In this document: positions 1 to 7,994 of the stretch, in pieces
How positions within the stretch are numbered: the first letter of the stretch is position 1
Layout: each line of letters opens with the position of its first letter
Notes under the pieces: model-generated
What the model was told of the DNA's origin: nothing
The model's database searches: none
The model's input: only the letters and a program-made list of their open reading frames with translations
Translations under genes and position numbers: made by a program
Virus record (IMG/VR): IMGVR_UViG_3300045988_147113
Length of the DNA: 58,419 bases
From: a virus
Strand: one strand, 5' to 3'

Positions 1-119
1 ATTTTTTTTTTCACCGGAATAGGAAGTATGTCACAGAAATATTACACACAGAAAAATACTCTTAAAACCCCAAAAACGTTGAAATTCCAACGTTTTCAGG
101 CCCTAAAAGACGTTTTCAA
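1..119. repeat. Terminal direct repeat, copy 1 (identical to 58301..58419)
   Basis: The first 119 nt recur exactly as the last 119 nt, giving a unit length of 58300 bp. This is either the assembly overlap of a circular or permuted genome, or a true DTR. Confidence 0.9.
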
Positions 120-120
120 A

Positions 121-301
121 TGTGTAACGTTTGTGTGACAAAACCGATTTGTGTGTAACGTTTGTGTGACAAAACCGATTTTGGCGTTTTTACCGCATTA
201 AGGGCATTTTCGCTCGTGTCACACAAACGTTACACACAAATCGATTTTGTCACACAAACGTTACACATTTAGAACTGCTTTTGTCACACAAACGTTACAC
301 A
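121..301. repeat. Dyad-symmetric array of the 19-nt motif TGTGTAACGTTTGTGTGAC (iteron, operator or promoter-like)
   Basis: Forward copies at 121..149 and 152..180 (29-nt units, 31-bp period). Reverse-complement copies at 218..236, 249..267 and 283..301. The array lies in the only large intergenic region between the last and first genes. Confidence 0.85.
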
Positions 302-315
302 TTTAGAAGTGCTTT

Positions 316-924
316 TTAATACCATTCACTCCCTCTAAAACTGGCGTTTGAGGGGTCGTACCGCGTAAAAGACATCTTTCCGACGTTCACGCAAGTCATC
401 GCAAAACAGTCCGGACACCAGACCAAATGATACTGTTCGTCACCGCTACTCAACGGGAACCACTGCTTCGCCAAAGCCTTACGCTTCTTGAACCAGATAT
501 AATTCCTGGTGTTCTCCTCTCTGACATGGAACGCGATATCCTTCGATCGAACCGCAGAAGACATCATCAAACGACGATGCCCGCAAACACGACCATGTCT
601 ATCCATACGAGCAGGAAGCTCATCCATCGCACGACGAATCACTACTCCGCGTGATGGCGACACCGCAGAAAACCATCCATTGGTCTCGATCCATCCAGAT
701 CCATGTCTCTTACAGCGAGGACAATAGGCATTGATCTTTGTCTCGGTCATATCATATGATATTTCGGGATGTGCAAGATCCGTCTGCAACAGCAGAATAT
801 CACTCATGATGATCTCATGTCTCGGCAATAGATCATCGCATGACCCACGATGATTCACTAATCTCGTAATGGTGTTCTGTACATCGCTCATGGGGTTGAT
901 CAGTTCGAATTCGTTAATACGCAT
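316..924 (-). CDS. Hypothetical protein, possible Zn-ribbon
   Basis: 202-aa ORF with CPRC and CPDC pairs. It is the last gene of the unidirectional array. No family recognised. Confidence 0.6.
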   Translation of the reverse strand: MRINEFELINPMSDVQNTITRLVNHRGSCDDLLPRHEIIMSDILLLQTDLAHPEISYDMTETKINAYCPRCKRHGSGWIETNGWFSAVSPSRGVVIRRAMDELPARMDRHGRVCGHRRLMMSSAVRSKDIAFHVREENTRNYIWFKKRKALAKQWFPLSSGDEQYHLVWCPDCFAMTCVNVGKMSFTRYDPSNASFRGSEWY

Positions 925-950
925 GGTTCTCCAAGTAAATTGTTGTGATA

Positions 951-1259
951 TTAAATGTTTGTTCGATAATCGGTATTATATACTACAAACATGTATACAC
1001 GTTGCTGATGGCATGACGGGCATGTTACACGTCGACGTTCGGTATATAGGTCTAGATATTCATCATTGTTATCTAGAATCGGTCGATGCTTTATAGCATA
1101 TGATAGTCCAATTCCGTATGCAGCTGGGTCATGTCTACAGAAACTACCTCTATGCTCGATATATTCTCTAAGTTCTCGAATGTCGAACATATCCAAACGT
1201 AAATTTCGATGACCCATATGTATGCATATAATAGACTTATCATCTTCAGATTTATCCAT
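951..1259 (-). CDS. Hypothetical protein, tandem paralog A
   Basis: 102 aa. Shares H.G.RN...D.FDIREL...GSFC...P.GYGIG and a C-terminal CP.C with the adjacent ORF 1263..1601. Confidence 0.65.
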   Translation of the reverse strand: MDKSEDDKSIICIHMGHRNLRLDMFDIRELREYIEHRGSFCRHDPAAYGIGLSYAIKHRPILDNNDEYLDLYTERRRVTCPSCHQQRVYMFVVYNTDYRTNI

Positions 1260-1262
1260 GTC

Positions 1263-1601
1263 TCACTCCTTCGAATAATCAAACCGTGTTTCCTGGTACC
1301 ATGCAGAGGACGTATCATAGGCACTAAATACATACTCGCGATGCTTGCGGCAATCAGGGCATATCACCTGATGAGTCTCGCTATATATATCCAAAGTGTA
1401 TCCATCGGGTCTCAACATGACCTGATCCCGTTCAATATGAGTTATTTGTCCTATTCCGTATCCAGCAGGATTGTCTCCGCAGAAACTCCCCTTGCTTTCC
1501 GCCCATTCATGTAGTTCTCGAATATCGAACGGATCGTGTTGTATGTTTCGGTATCCCGTATGAACATACACGACAGCCATTCTCCCTTTCGGCATGATCA
1601 C
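1263..1601 (-). CDS. Hypothetical protein, tandem paralog B
   Basis: 112 aa. Collinear similarity to the 951..1259 product. Overlaps the helicase gene by 4 nt. Confidence 0.65.
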   Translation of the reverse strand: MIMPKGRMAVVYVHTGYRNIQHDPFDIRELHEWAESKGSFCGDNPAGYGIGQITHIERDQVMLRPDGYTLDIYSETHQVICPDCRKHREYVFSAYDTSSAWYQETRFDYSKE

Positions 1602-2845
1602 TCCTTTTGTCGCGCACTGCTCCTCAAGAACCCGGAAGTGTTGAAATCCTCCTTGTTCCGAAGCGCCCGGATGATTCCCAGATCCAAAGGCGCGAACGAT
1701 CGCATGATGTAATAGTTCAGGGTCTTGTACGACGTATCGAGTCTGTCGATCCTGCCGGCCGCCTGCTCAGCCTGTTTGTAGCTGTACGGCAGTGACCAAT
1801 ACAGGACCGTATTGCAGCTCGTGCAATTCCAGCCCTCGGATCCAGCCTGAAACTGCACCGCATACACCCAGGAATTCCCCTGAGGCAGATCATCGTGCTG
1901 ACCGCCATTGTACTGGTATACTGGCACGCCTGTGACCTCCTCAAGCTTCAGAATCTGTTCGAGCTCGGCACGCAGCGTGTAGAATATGATCACCTTGCGA
2001 TGATCACGTACCACATGTGCTGCGTATGACAGACGTGTGGGATCCGTATCGATCACCCTCCGCAGATAAAAGCACAGTTCCGTGGCGTTGAGGAACGGCT
2101 CCTCCGTCTCAGGATTCCACCGTGTCTTCATCGCCTTGCGAACCGTCTCCTTATCATATGCGCAGGTCAGCTGATGCACCACACGTTCGGTCTCTCGAGG
2201 CACCTCGCAGGTCACCAGCACTCGGTCACGACACCGGTTCAGATAATCCTCATCGATCCAGCGGTCTATTCTCGGATACTTCGTGTACCGGGAATATACT
2301 GCATGACGACGAAAAAACTCGGTTCGATTGCGGTAGAACCCGTCCGCGACGAATATCGGGCACCAATCGCTCCAGGTATCGGCCGGTGTCGCACTCAGCA
2401 TCACCCAGGGATTCCGTCTGGCGATCCGCACGAACGCCTTGCTCCAGGCTCCGGAACCAATGGCACGTTGCTCGTCGAATACGAACACAGCCGACATATC
2501 GACGTATTTCGTGATGTTATTCCACGAATCCACCGTGACATGAACCTTACCCATCTTCTTCGAATTCTCACCCTGATGCAGGGCATAGCGATAGAGTTCA
2601 TCATCCCATTCGTGGTTATCGCGTTTCTTGGCGGTTGTGATGATCACCAGATCCGGACTCCCCGGCATGATCTGAAACAGCTCGCCATTGGCGTTATGCG
2701 AGGTCCGCACCGTACAGCACTTGGTGACGTACCAATATAACGCCATGATGGACTTGCCGGCGCCAACTCCGGCCGCCAACACCTTGCCCGACCTCAGGGC
2801 CCGCACGCACTCGTGCTGAAACTGTCGTAAGTTGACACCAGGCAT
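1598..2845 (-). CDS. Superfamily-2 helicase (DEAD/SNF2-like)
   Basis: 415 aa with Walker A AGVGAGKS, VFVFDEQR (DExx), MLSATP (motif III) and QAAGRIDR (motif VI). Confidence 0.8.
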   Translation of the reverse strand: MPGVNLRQFQHECVRALRSGKVLAAGVGAGKSIMALYWYVTKCCTVRTSHNANGELFQIMPGSPDLVIITTAKKRDNHEWDDELYRYALHQGENSKKMGKVHVTVDSWNNITKYVDMSAVFVFDEQRAIGSGAWSKAFVRIARRNPWVMLSATPADTWSDWCPIFVADGFYRNRTEFFRRHAVYSRYTKYPRIDRWIDEDYLNRCRDRVLVTCEVPRETERVVHQLTCAYDKETVRKAMKTRWNPETEEPFLNATELCFYLRRVIDTDPTRLSYAAHVVRDHRKVIIFYTLRAELEQILKLEEVTGVPVYQYNGGQHDDLPQGNSWVYAVQFQAGSEGWNCTSCNTVLYWSLPYSYKQAEQAAGRIDRLDTSYKTLNYYIMRSFAPLDLGIIRALRNKEDFNTSGFLRSSARQKE

Positions 2846-2864
2846 AATGTCTCCTAATCATCTA

Positions 2865-3110
2865 TTAAACAAAGAACGGATCGGCATTCTCTTGAATATA
2901 ACTTGTTACGGCAATTGACTTCGAATCCATCAAACTCGTAACTTCATAAATTCTATTATCATCAGACAGATCGGTTACAACGAATGCAAAGAAGTTTCCT
3001 CGAATATATCCTCCAGTCTTTATAGACAGGTGGTAATCCTTTCGTCCCTCAAACAACTTCTTTTCATCAATATAACGACGAACTGCGTATTCAATCATTT
3101 GATAGTTCAT
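2865..3110 (-). CDS. Hypothetical protein
   Basis: ATG at 3110 is preceded by GGAG. The longer ORF-track start (3191) would run through a hairpin-rich spacer. Confidence 0.55.
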   Translation of the reverse strand: MNYQMIEYAVRRYIDEKKLFEGRKDYHLSIKTGGYIRGNFFAFVVTDLSDDNRIYEVTSLMDSKSIAVTSYIQENADPFFV

Positions 3111-3250
3111 TATTTGCTCCTTATACAATAAACCTAGTACTTTAACCGGACAAAATACTAGGTTTATCGCGTTTTTATGAGATGTGGCCACAGAAACCTC
3201 GCGAAACGCGATATATGTTTCCTGGCCACATGTTGAGATAGCTTTTTCGG

Positions 3251-3565
3251 TTATTTTGTCACAGTCGACATGCGTTCTCGCACCATGTCGCCGATGTAAT
3301 ACGCAACGGTCGAGCGTTTCAGTTTGAGAAACTCCTCTTCAGATTGGTTCCAGCTGACAATGGCATGCCGGTCATCCACATAGGATGCCGGCGCCTTGGC
3401 CGTTACCGCCGAAGCGCTCCAGATGAACATGCCGATGGATCGATCGAGGTTGAGACGGACTTTCTTCTTCCATCCCCAGAACCAGGTGTCCTCAACGGGA
3501 TCGTACTCGAATCCGAGGATCTTGAGCTTCCATCGCAAATATGGTCCTATGCTGATTGAGGTCAT
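3251..3565 (-). CDS. Hypothetical protein
   Basis: 104-aa ORF with a 4-nt overlap to the upstream ORF. Confidence 0.6.
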   Translation of the reverse strand: MTSISIGPYLRWKLKILGFEYDPVEDTWFWGWKKKVRLNLDRSIGMFIWSASAVTAKAPASYVDDRHAIVSWNQSEEEFLKLKRSTVAYYIGDMVRERMSTVTK

Positions 3566-3867
3566 GACTCCTCCACGCTCTCCGTAATCACATCATAGAT
3601 CTGTTGCAATCGTTCCGTCGTCTCCGCGCCCAAATGGATATCGGGACGCATGACATGGCTCAGACCAATGCAGACCATGGCCACGAAATGACCATCGGTC
3701 ACCAAGGCCAGACGAGCGGTGAGATGACCGATGTTCTTATGACGCCATTTCGAGAGATTCGGCTGATCGTCGATGTTGCCATCCCAGACGAATCCGAGTT
3801 CGCGAAGCTTGTCGATCCATTCGGCTTTCTCGAGAGCCTGATCATGGGTAAGATTATCCTGTGTCAT
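3562..3867 (-). CDS. Hypothetical protein
   Basis: 101-aa ORF, tightly packed in the operon. Confidence 0.6.
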   Translation of the reverse strand: MTQDNLTHDQALEKAEWIDKLRELGFVWDGNIDDQPNLSKWRHKNIGHLTARLALVTDGHFVAMVCIGLSHVMRPDIHLGAETTERLQQIYDVITESVEES

Positions 3868-3876
3868 GGTGTTCTC

Positions 3877-4083
3877 CTATTCCTGCCAGATCTCACGATT
3901 ATCCATCTCGCGATATTCTTCCCGTGAGATCGGGATATAGACTTGTCGCCGGCAACGCGAACACATTGCCAGACATTCGTACTGCATGGGACTGATTTTC
4001 CATGCATCGGTGATGATGATCGAGGCTCCAGCATGGCATGATAGCTGTCTATGAGCCTTGCCGAATACACTGGCCGGAGCCAT
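3877..4083 (-). CDS. Hypothetical small Cys-rich protein
   Basis: 68 aa with C..C/CSRC cysteines and an acidic tail. Preferred over the overlapping R/S-rich frame 3864..4088. Confidence 0.45.
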   Translation of the reverse strand: MAPASVFGKAHRQLSCHAGASIIITDAWKISPMQYECLAMCSRCRRQVYIPISREEYREMDNREIWQE

Positions 4084-4101
4084 GGCAAATATCCTTTCCC
4101 A

Positions 4102-4587
4102 TCATACGTCTTCGAAGTGGAAGCCGCATAATGTCTGTTGTTTCCTATATCCGTTCAGTATCTGCGAGATCTTGGTCTGGACTGTATGAGGATCCTTATC
4201 GGTGTAGCCATGCTTGATGAGATATTGCGACGTCTCCATGATGGTAGGAAACACCAGATTGAGCTCCACGATACGATTCGGACGATGACGTCCGTGACGC
4301 GCATCGCTGTCGGGATCGCTTTGTTCGCCAAGCCAGGCTATGACCGTACGGTTGCCGTTGAGAATCGCCTCGACGGCAAATAACAGGTCGGGATGCTTGA
4401 TACGGGCATATTCGCGCAGCCACACGTCGTAGTAGCGCGAATATGCCTCCCAGGTGCGCGGCGTGTCGGGATTGATGGACTCCAGCTGTCCCACGGTCTC
4501 GCGACGGATCTTCATCATCTTGCCGACTTGATGCTGCGTGAGTCCAAGCAGGCACCGTGCGCTGCGATATTCGTCAGGCGTTGGCAT
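4102..4587 (-). CDS. HTH (XRE-like) DNA-binding protein with a NUMOD/IENR-like C-terminal module
   Basis: The N-terminus (ARCLLGLTQHQVGKMMKIRRETVGQLE) is a typical XRE HTH. The C-terminus (F.T..E...YL......I...LNGYRK...GFHFE) resembles the DNA-binding tail of the HNH endonuclease at 9677..10144. Confidence 0.65.
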   Translation of the reverse strand: MPTPDEYRSARCLLGLTQHQVGKMMKIRRETVGQLESINPDTPRTWEAYSRYYDVWLREYARIKHPDLLFAVEAILNGNRTVIAWLGEQSDPDSDARHGRHRPNRIVELNLVFPTIMETSQYLIKHGYTDKDPHTVQTKISQILNGYRKQQTLCGFHFEDV

Positions 4588-5140
4588 GGGCCGGTTCCTT
4601 CGGATAGATCAGTCCAAGAGATCCGAGCTGGTCGAATTCTTGGATCACTTGCTTATCGAATTGCGACATATATGTGTCTTTGAGGATGTATCCTTTCAGA
4701 GCTCGTACGGTGAGGCCTCGTCCGATCGCCATATTGAATAGGTTGATGGTGAAGGTTCCATCACTATAGGATTGAGGATACGTCCATGCAAGATCGGCAT
4801 CCGATGCCTCTATAGGTAAATATCCTCGTCTGTTGACCTCATTGACGAACATATAGATCTTATCAGCATCGAGTTCCCACACATCATTTGGTGCGGTTTT
4901 GGGAAAATGATACATGCTGCATTCGACTCTGCGCTTTGTACCGCAGAACGGGCACCAGCTCGTGCATACATACATGCGGCCTTTGTTGGCAACGGCCATC
5001 GGCTTGGTCATAGCCAAAGGCGTATCGCATTGACATTCTCGCATCTTTTCGACAGCGAGAGACATGCCATTATATATCACGATCGGTGCGAACGATGTGC
5101 TGGACAGGGTTATGAACGGCGAAAAAGTCGTGTCGGACAT
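4574..5140 (-). CDS. Hypothetical protein
   Basis: 188-aa ORF with cysteine pairs (CQC, CPFC). Confidence 0.65.
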   Translation of the reverse strand: MSDTTFSPFITLSSTSFAPIVIYNGMSLAVEKMRECQCDTPLAMTKPMAVANKGRMYVCTSWCPFCGTKRRVECSMYHFPKTAPNDVWELDADKIYMFVNEVNRRGYLPIEASDADLAWTYPQSYSDGTFTINLFNMAIGRGLTVRALKGYILKDTYMSQFDKQVIQEFDQLGSLGLIYPKEPAHANA

Positions 5141-5164
5141 GATTACTCCTTGTGTATAGATATA

Positions 5165-5458
5165 TTAATCGTATTTGGTTTCCAATGCCATCGGACGTTC
5201 GGAATTCTCAACCGGACGTTCCTTCTGGCAAACATGCTCCAGGATCCATCGAATCTGTGATGGATCATTGAAATATGGCGCCAGCTCATACCAGAGAAAT
5301 ACATCGCCACTGCCGGTGATGAAGCTCACCCCATGCGGTCCAGCGGATTTGTATTCGAAGACGCTGTTGGCAAGTTCAGGCAAGACATATTCGAATATGT
5401 CTTTGGCGTGTTTGTCATAGACGTCCGAATCAGGCGTTTCAGGTTCATAATTCGCCAC
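5165..5458 (-). CDS. Hypothetical protein
   Basis: 97-aa acidic ORF. Confidence 0.6.
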   Translation of the reverse strand: MANYEPETPDSDVYDKHAKDIFEYVLPELANSVFEYKSAGPHGVSFITGSGDVFLWYELAPYFNDPSQIRWILEHVCQKERPVENSERPMALETKYD

Positions 5459-5657
5459 TGAAGTTCGCCCCCTTCGTCCACAGATACCATTGGTCGAATT
5501 CCACGGTGAATATCACATATTCGGTCGAGTCGTCGACTTCGTATTGATCGTCCTCGTAGAATTTTCTGGTCGCCTTGTTGATGACCAGTTTTAATGAGTG
5601 ATCATCGAAATCCTCAGCCGATTCGACGTTAGATACATCGTCGGGGAATATCAGCAT
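5445..5657 (-). CDS. Hypothetical small acidic protein (trimmed start)
   Basis: ATG at 5657 is preceded by GGGAG. The ORF-track start (5831) would overlap the upstream gene by 119 nt. Confidence 0.45.
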   Translation of the reverse strand: MLIFPDDVSNVESAEDFDDHSLKLVINKATRKFYEDDQYEVDDSTEYVIFTVEFDQWYLWTKGANFSGEL

Positions 5658-5712
5658 GAAGATCTCCCAGAGACGATCGAAGTTGCTCGGCAGATAGGAG
5701 ACATGACAAGCC

Positions 5713-6114
5713 CTAGCAATACTTTTCCGAGATGTCTCGGCCACCCATGCTGTTGCCACTGGCTCGCTGCGACTTGGCAGGTTCCGGGTGTTGCTTGCTA
5801 TCATGGAGTTCCTCCTGATCCTTGATGTCAATGAAACCGCTGGCGTTGCAATCGACGCACTCCATCCAGATATGGATTACCGGATTGCCATGAGCATCTT
5901 CGATTTCCTCCATACGATCCGCATCCAAATATACGATCGGATACTTATATGGTTCAATATAATCATCGGTTAGGACGACATGTTTTCCTTTCACGAGATC
6001 GACAAAGCCGTTGTAACGCTCTGCGATTTGATCAGACGCCTTGCAGACATTGGCATGTTGTCTCGATACCTGATCAACAAGCTTTTTGATATCAAGAGTG
6101 CCAAAATTAATCAT
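5713..6114 (-). CDS. Hypothetical protein
   Basis: ATG at 6114 with AAAGGTG 5 nt upstream. The track start at 6129 is a TTG codon. Confidence 0.6.
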   Translation of the reverse strand: MINFGTLDIKKLVDQVSRQHANVCKASDQIAERYNGFVDLVKGKHVVLTDDYIEPYKYPIVYLDADRMEEIEDAHGNPVIHIWMECVDCNASGFIDIKDQEELHDSKQHPEPAKSQRASGNSMGGRDISEKYC

Positions 6115-6124
6115 AATTACACCT

Positions 6125-6171
6125 TTCAAAAATAAAGGACAGGTACAGGCCGATGACGGCCCATACCTGTC
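6125..6171 (-). terminator. Rho-independent terminator
   Basis: The GACAGGTA...TACCTGTC stem (6138..6171) has an inner GGCCG/CGGCC stem. On the minus strand it is followed by CCTTTATTTTT. Confidence 0.7.
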
Positions 6172-6182
6172 GAAATGTCATG

Positions 6183-6305
6183 TCAGCGGTATCCGCCGGA
6201 CAATGTCTTGACGAACCACCAGAAGAAATATAATCCTCCGGTGAGGATGGAATAGATGCAGACCTTCAGGACGCCAGGTCTTGGGGTTCGATTATCGTAT
6301 GACAT
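6183..6305 (-). CDS. 40-aa hydrophobic mini-protein
   Basis: MSYDNRTPRPGVLKVCIYSILTGGLYFFWWFVKTLSGGYR. Its ATG overlaps the upstream stop (TGATG). A terminator follows. Confidence 0.45.
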   Translation of the reverse strand: MSYDNRTPRPGVLKVCIYSILTGGLYFFWWFVKTLSGGYR

Positions 6306-6832
6306 CAATCCTTCTCCACCTTGTGGAACGTCATGGTGTTCATGGCGGAATCCGGTTCGTCGAAGAATCGAGCTTCATAATCTGATTCCTGAACCGTCAC
6401 CAGCAGCTTCTGCAAATATGCAGTGGTGAACTGATCGTAATGGTTCAGATTGAAGCTTAGCCACGATTCAGTCACGGCGTCGGCGGACACCAGCGGATCG
6501 AGCATCTTGACGGAATCCTCATCCAGCTGGGCGTTGCCATGCGAATTCTTCATCCAGATCTCCGGAGGATTGTAAGACTTGAAGTTGATCTTCACCTGAA
6601 GTGTGTAGATGCCAGGCTCCGTTTCGTCACGGCCCTCATGGAACTTGACGTTCAGGCCAAGGTCCTGAAGCACCTTGGCGTCAGATTCCTCGAGAACGAT
6701 GTTGAAGTTGCGATTGCCGGCCGGATTGTACTTGCCTTCGCGGCCTGCGAAATTCGTCCAGATCAGACGAACGTTCTCGCATTCGATCTTGTTGACGTCA
6801 CCGTTCGGGCGCTTGATGATGTTGATAGGCAT
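6305..6832 (-). CDS. Putative ssDNA-binding protein (gp2.5/DUF2815-like)
   Basis: 175 aa. The N-terminal VRLIWTNFAGREGKYNPAGNRNFNIVL beta-rich region and the acidic C-terminal tail (FFDEPD) fit phage SSBs. It lies in the replication module. The call is tentative. Confidence 0.4.
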   Translation of the reverse strand: MPINIIKRPNGDVNKIECENVRLIWTNFAGREGKYNPAGNRNFNIVLEESDAKVLQDLGLNVKFHEGRDETEPGIYTLQVKINFKSYNPPEIWMKNSHGNAQLDEDSVKMLDPLVSADAVTESWLSFNLNHYDQFTTAYLQKLLVTVQESDYEARFFDEPDSAMNTMTFHKVEKD

Positions 6833-6857
6833 AATGATCTCCTTTTATTAAAATATA

Positions 6858-6887
6858 AAGCCAAAGCCGCATGTGCGACTCAGGCTT
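6858..6887 (-). terminator. Conserved terminator hairpin (AAGCCAAAGCCGCATGTGCGACTC.GGCTT family)
   Basis: A hairpin followed on the minus strand by TTATATTT. Same family as 18402, 21758 and 22808. Confidence 0.65.
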
Positions 6888-6891
6888 ATGA

Positions 6892-7107
6892 TTACTTCTC
6901 AGCGAAAGTGGTTTCGTTGATGTCTTGTTTCTTTGTTAGTTTGTTGACTGCTTTCTTCTCCTTATGATTATTCCAGTGGCGACCGATCCAGGCAAACCAA
7001 GTCATATCCTTATGCTTGATACGATCTTGAATGCCTGCTTCGATCCCCAGCACGACAATCGTGATGAGAATGAAATCAGCGATGGCTTGGCAAATATCAA
7101 CAGACAT
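6892..7107 (-). CDS. Small membrane protein
   Basis: 71 aa with a hydrophobic N-terminal segment. Preceded by an RBS and conserved upstream motif copy 1. Confidence 0.6.
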   Translation of the reverse strand: MSVDICQAIADFILITIVVLGIEAGIQDRIKHKDMTWFAWIGRHWNNHKEKKAVNKLTKKQDINETTFAEK

Positions 7108-7126
7108 GTTGACTCCTTTTCTTGAT

Positions 7127-7158
7127 AGTTCTCATTAAAGGACATGTCTGGTTCGCGA
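7127..7158 (-). promoter_or_regulatory. Conserved upstream motif, copy 1 (minus-strand consensus TCGCGAATGAAACATGTCCTTTAATGAGAACC)
   Basis: Minus strand reads TCGCGAACCAGACATGTCCTTTAATGAGAACT. Located upstream of gene 6892..7107. Confidence 0.6.
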
Positions 7159-7217
7159 AATATAGCCAAAAGACAAAGACCAAGCCGCATGTGCGACTCA
7201 GTCTTTTTTGTCAATTA

Positions 7218-7604
7218 CTAATTTGGATTAACGGTTTTCGTTTCGATTATGTGGCCTTTGCCATCATTCATCTTGACACAGAGATCGTCGATAAATAGTT
7301 TGGCATCCTTAACGATCGTTGATGCTATATTATTAAAATCGTCTATGATCTTCTGCCAACGTTCAACGATGAAATTGTTGTAGAACTTCTGTTTGACGGG
7401 ATCATGCAGATCATTATAAATGTCTGGATAAAGACCTTCAAACTCTTCGTTCCACGAATCAATTTGTTCGTTGAATCGTTTGGCTTGGAAAATATAGCCG
7501 AGCTTGTATAATATCAACAACATTTTGGTGTCAAATGAATCATTATCGATGATATCTCCAGTTTCGATGTCGATGATGACAGGCTTGACATAAATATCGG
7601 TCAT
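7218..7604 (-). CDS. Hypothetical protein
   Basis: 128-aa ORF preceded by motif copy 2. Confidence 0.65.
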   Translation of the reverse strand: MTDIYVKPVIIDIETGDIIDNDSFDTKMLLILYKLGYIFQAKRFNEQIDSWNEEFEGLYPDIYNDLHDPVKQKFYNNFIVERWQKIIDDFNNIASTIVKDAKLFIDDLCVKMNDGKGHIIETKTVNPN

Positions 7605-7626
7605 GATTAACTCCTTAATGTAGTAA

Positions 7627-7657
7627 TAGCTTCATTAAGGGCTATGTTTCTTCCGCG
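7627..7657 (-). promoter_or_regulatory. Conserved upstream motif, copy 2
   Basis: Minus strand reads CGCGGAAGAAACATAGCCCTTAATGAAGCTA. The anti-SD CCTTAATG (7633..7640 on the plus strand as CATTAAGG) pairs perfectly with 7613..7620. Confidence 0.6.
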
Positions 7658-7738
7658 TTAAAAATGATCATCCCACCACAATGGGAACCAAGCTGCGAAA
7701 ATCATAACCAATATGGCGCCTATGAGTAAATATAACAT
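7658..7738 (-). CDS. 26-aa hydrophobic mini-protein
   Basis: MLYLLIGAILVMIFAAWFPLWWDDHF. Its start overlaps the upstream stop as TGATG. Confidence 0.35.
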   Translation of the reverse strand: MLYLLIGAILVMIFAAWFPLWWDDHF

Positions 7739-7932
7739 CAGTTGCTCATCGCGAATTTGAGTAACGAGTTCACGCCCTGGTTACGGCCAAGCTGATACCC
7801 GATGGCGAAAATGCCAAGACCGGCCAATGCCAGATATGCCGGATGATCGAGCACGACATCCTTGAGCGTGGACTTGGATTGATCGATGACCTCGTTGGCG
7901 TCGAGGATCTGAGTGGTGTCATTATCGGACAT
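7738..7932 (-). CDS. Small membrane protein
   Basis: ATG at 7932 with a strong AAGGAG RBS. An alternative upstream start at 7998 is possible. It has a C-terminal TM segment (AYLALAGLGIFAIGY). Confidence 0.55.
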   Translation of the reverse strand: MSDNDTTQILDANEVIDQSKSTLKDVVLDHPAYLALAGLGIFAIGYQLGRNQGVNSLLKFAMSN

Positions 7933-7994
7933 GATTTTCTCCTTGTTTTTTACAATGGTTGGTTGCATTTCGAAATGGACTTTGAATGGAAGTT

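Noticed and set aside
3864-4088. An alternative 74-aa frame overlapping 3877..4083.
   Set aside because: Its composition is Arg/Ser-rich and non-protein-like. I preferred the other frame, which has Cys pairs and an acidic tail. Either call is weak.
4102-4587. A lysogeny module, with the HTH protein acting as a CI-like repressor.
   Set aside because: There is no integrase, excisionase, divergent cro-like gene or attP-like site. The HTH gene is co-oriented inside the replication operon. The evidence does not support calling the phage temperate.
5445-5831. The full-length ORF-track version (128 aa), which overlaps the upstream gene by 119 nt.
   Set aside because: The N-terminal part is Arg/Ser-rich and overlaps a better ORF in another frame. 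An internal ATG at 5657 has a GGGAG RBS, so I trimmed the gene. I made similar trims at 13816, 14591, 18447, 19380, 23130, 23481, 24191, 25421, 28667, 41783, 52749, 57131, 57803 and 58240. At these sites the track starts run through terminators or neighbouring genes.
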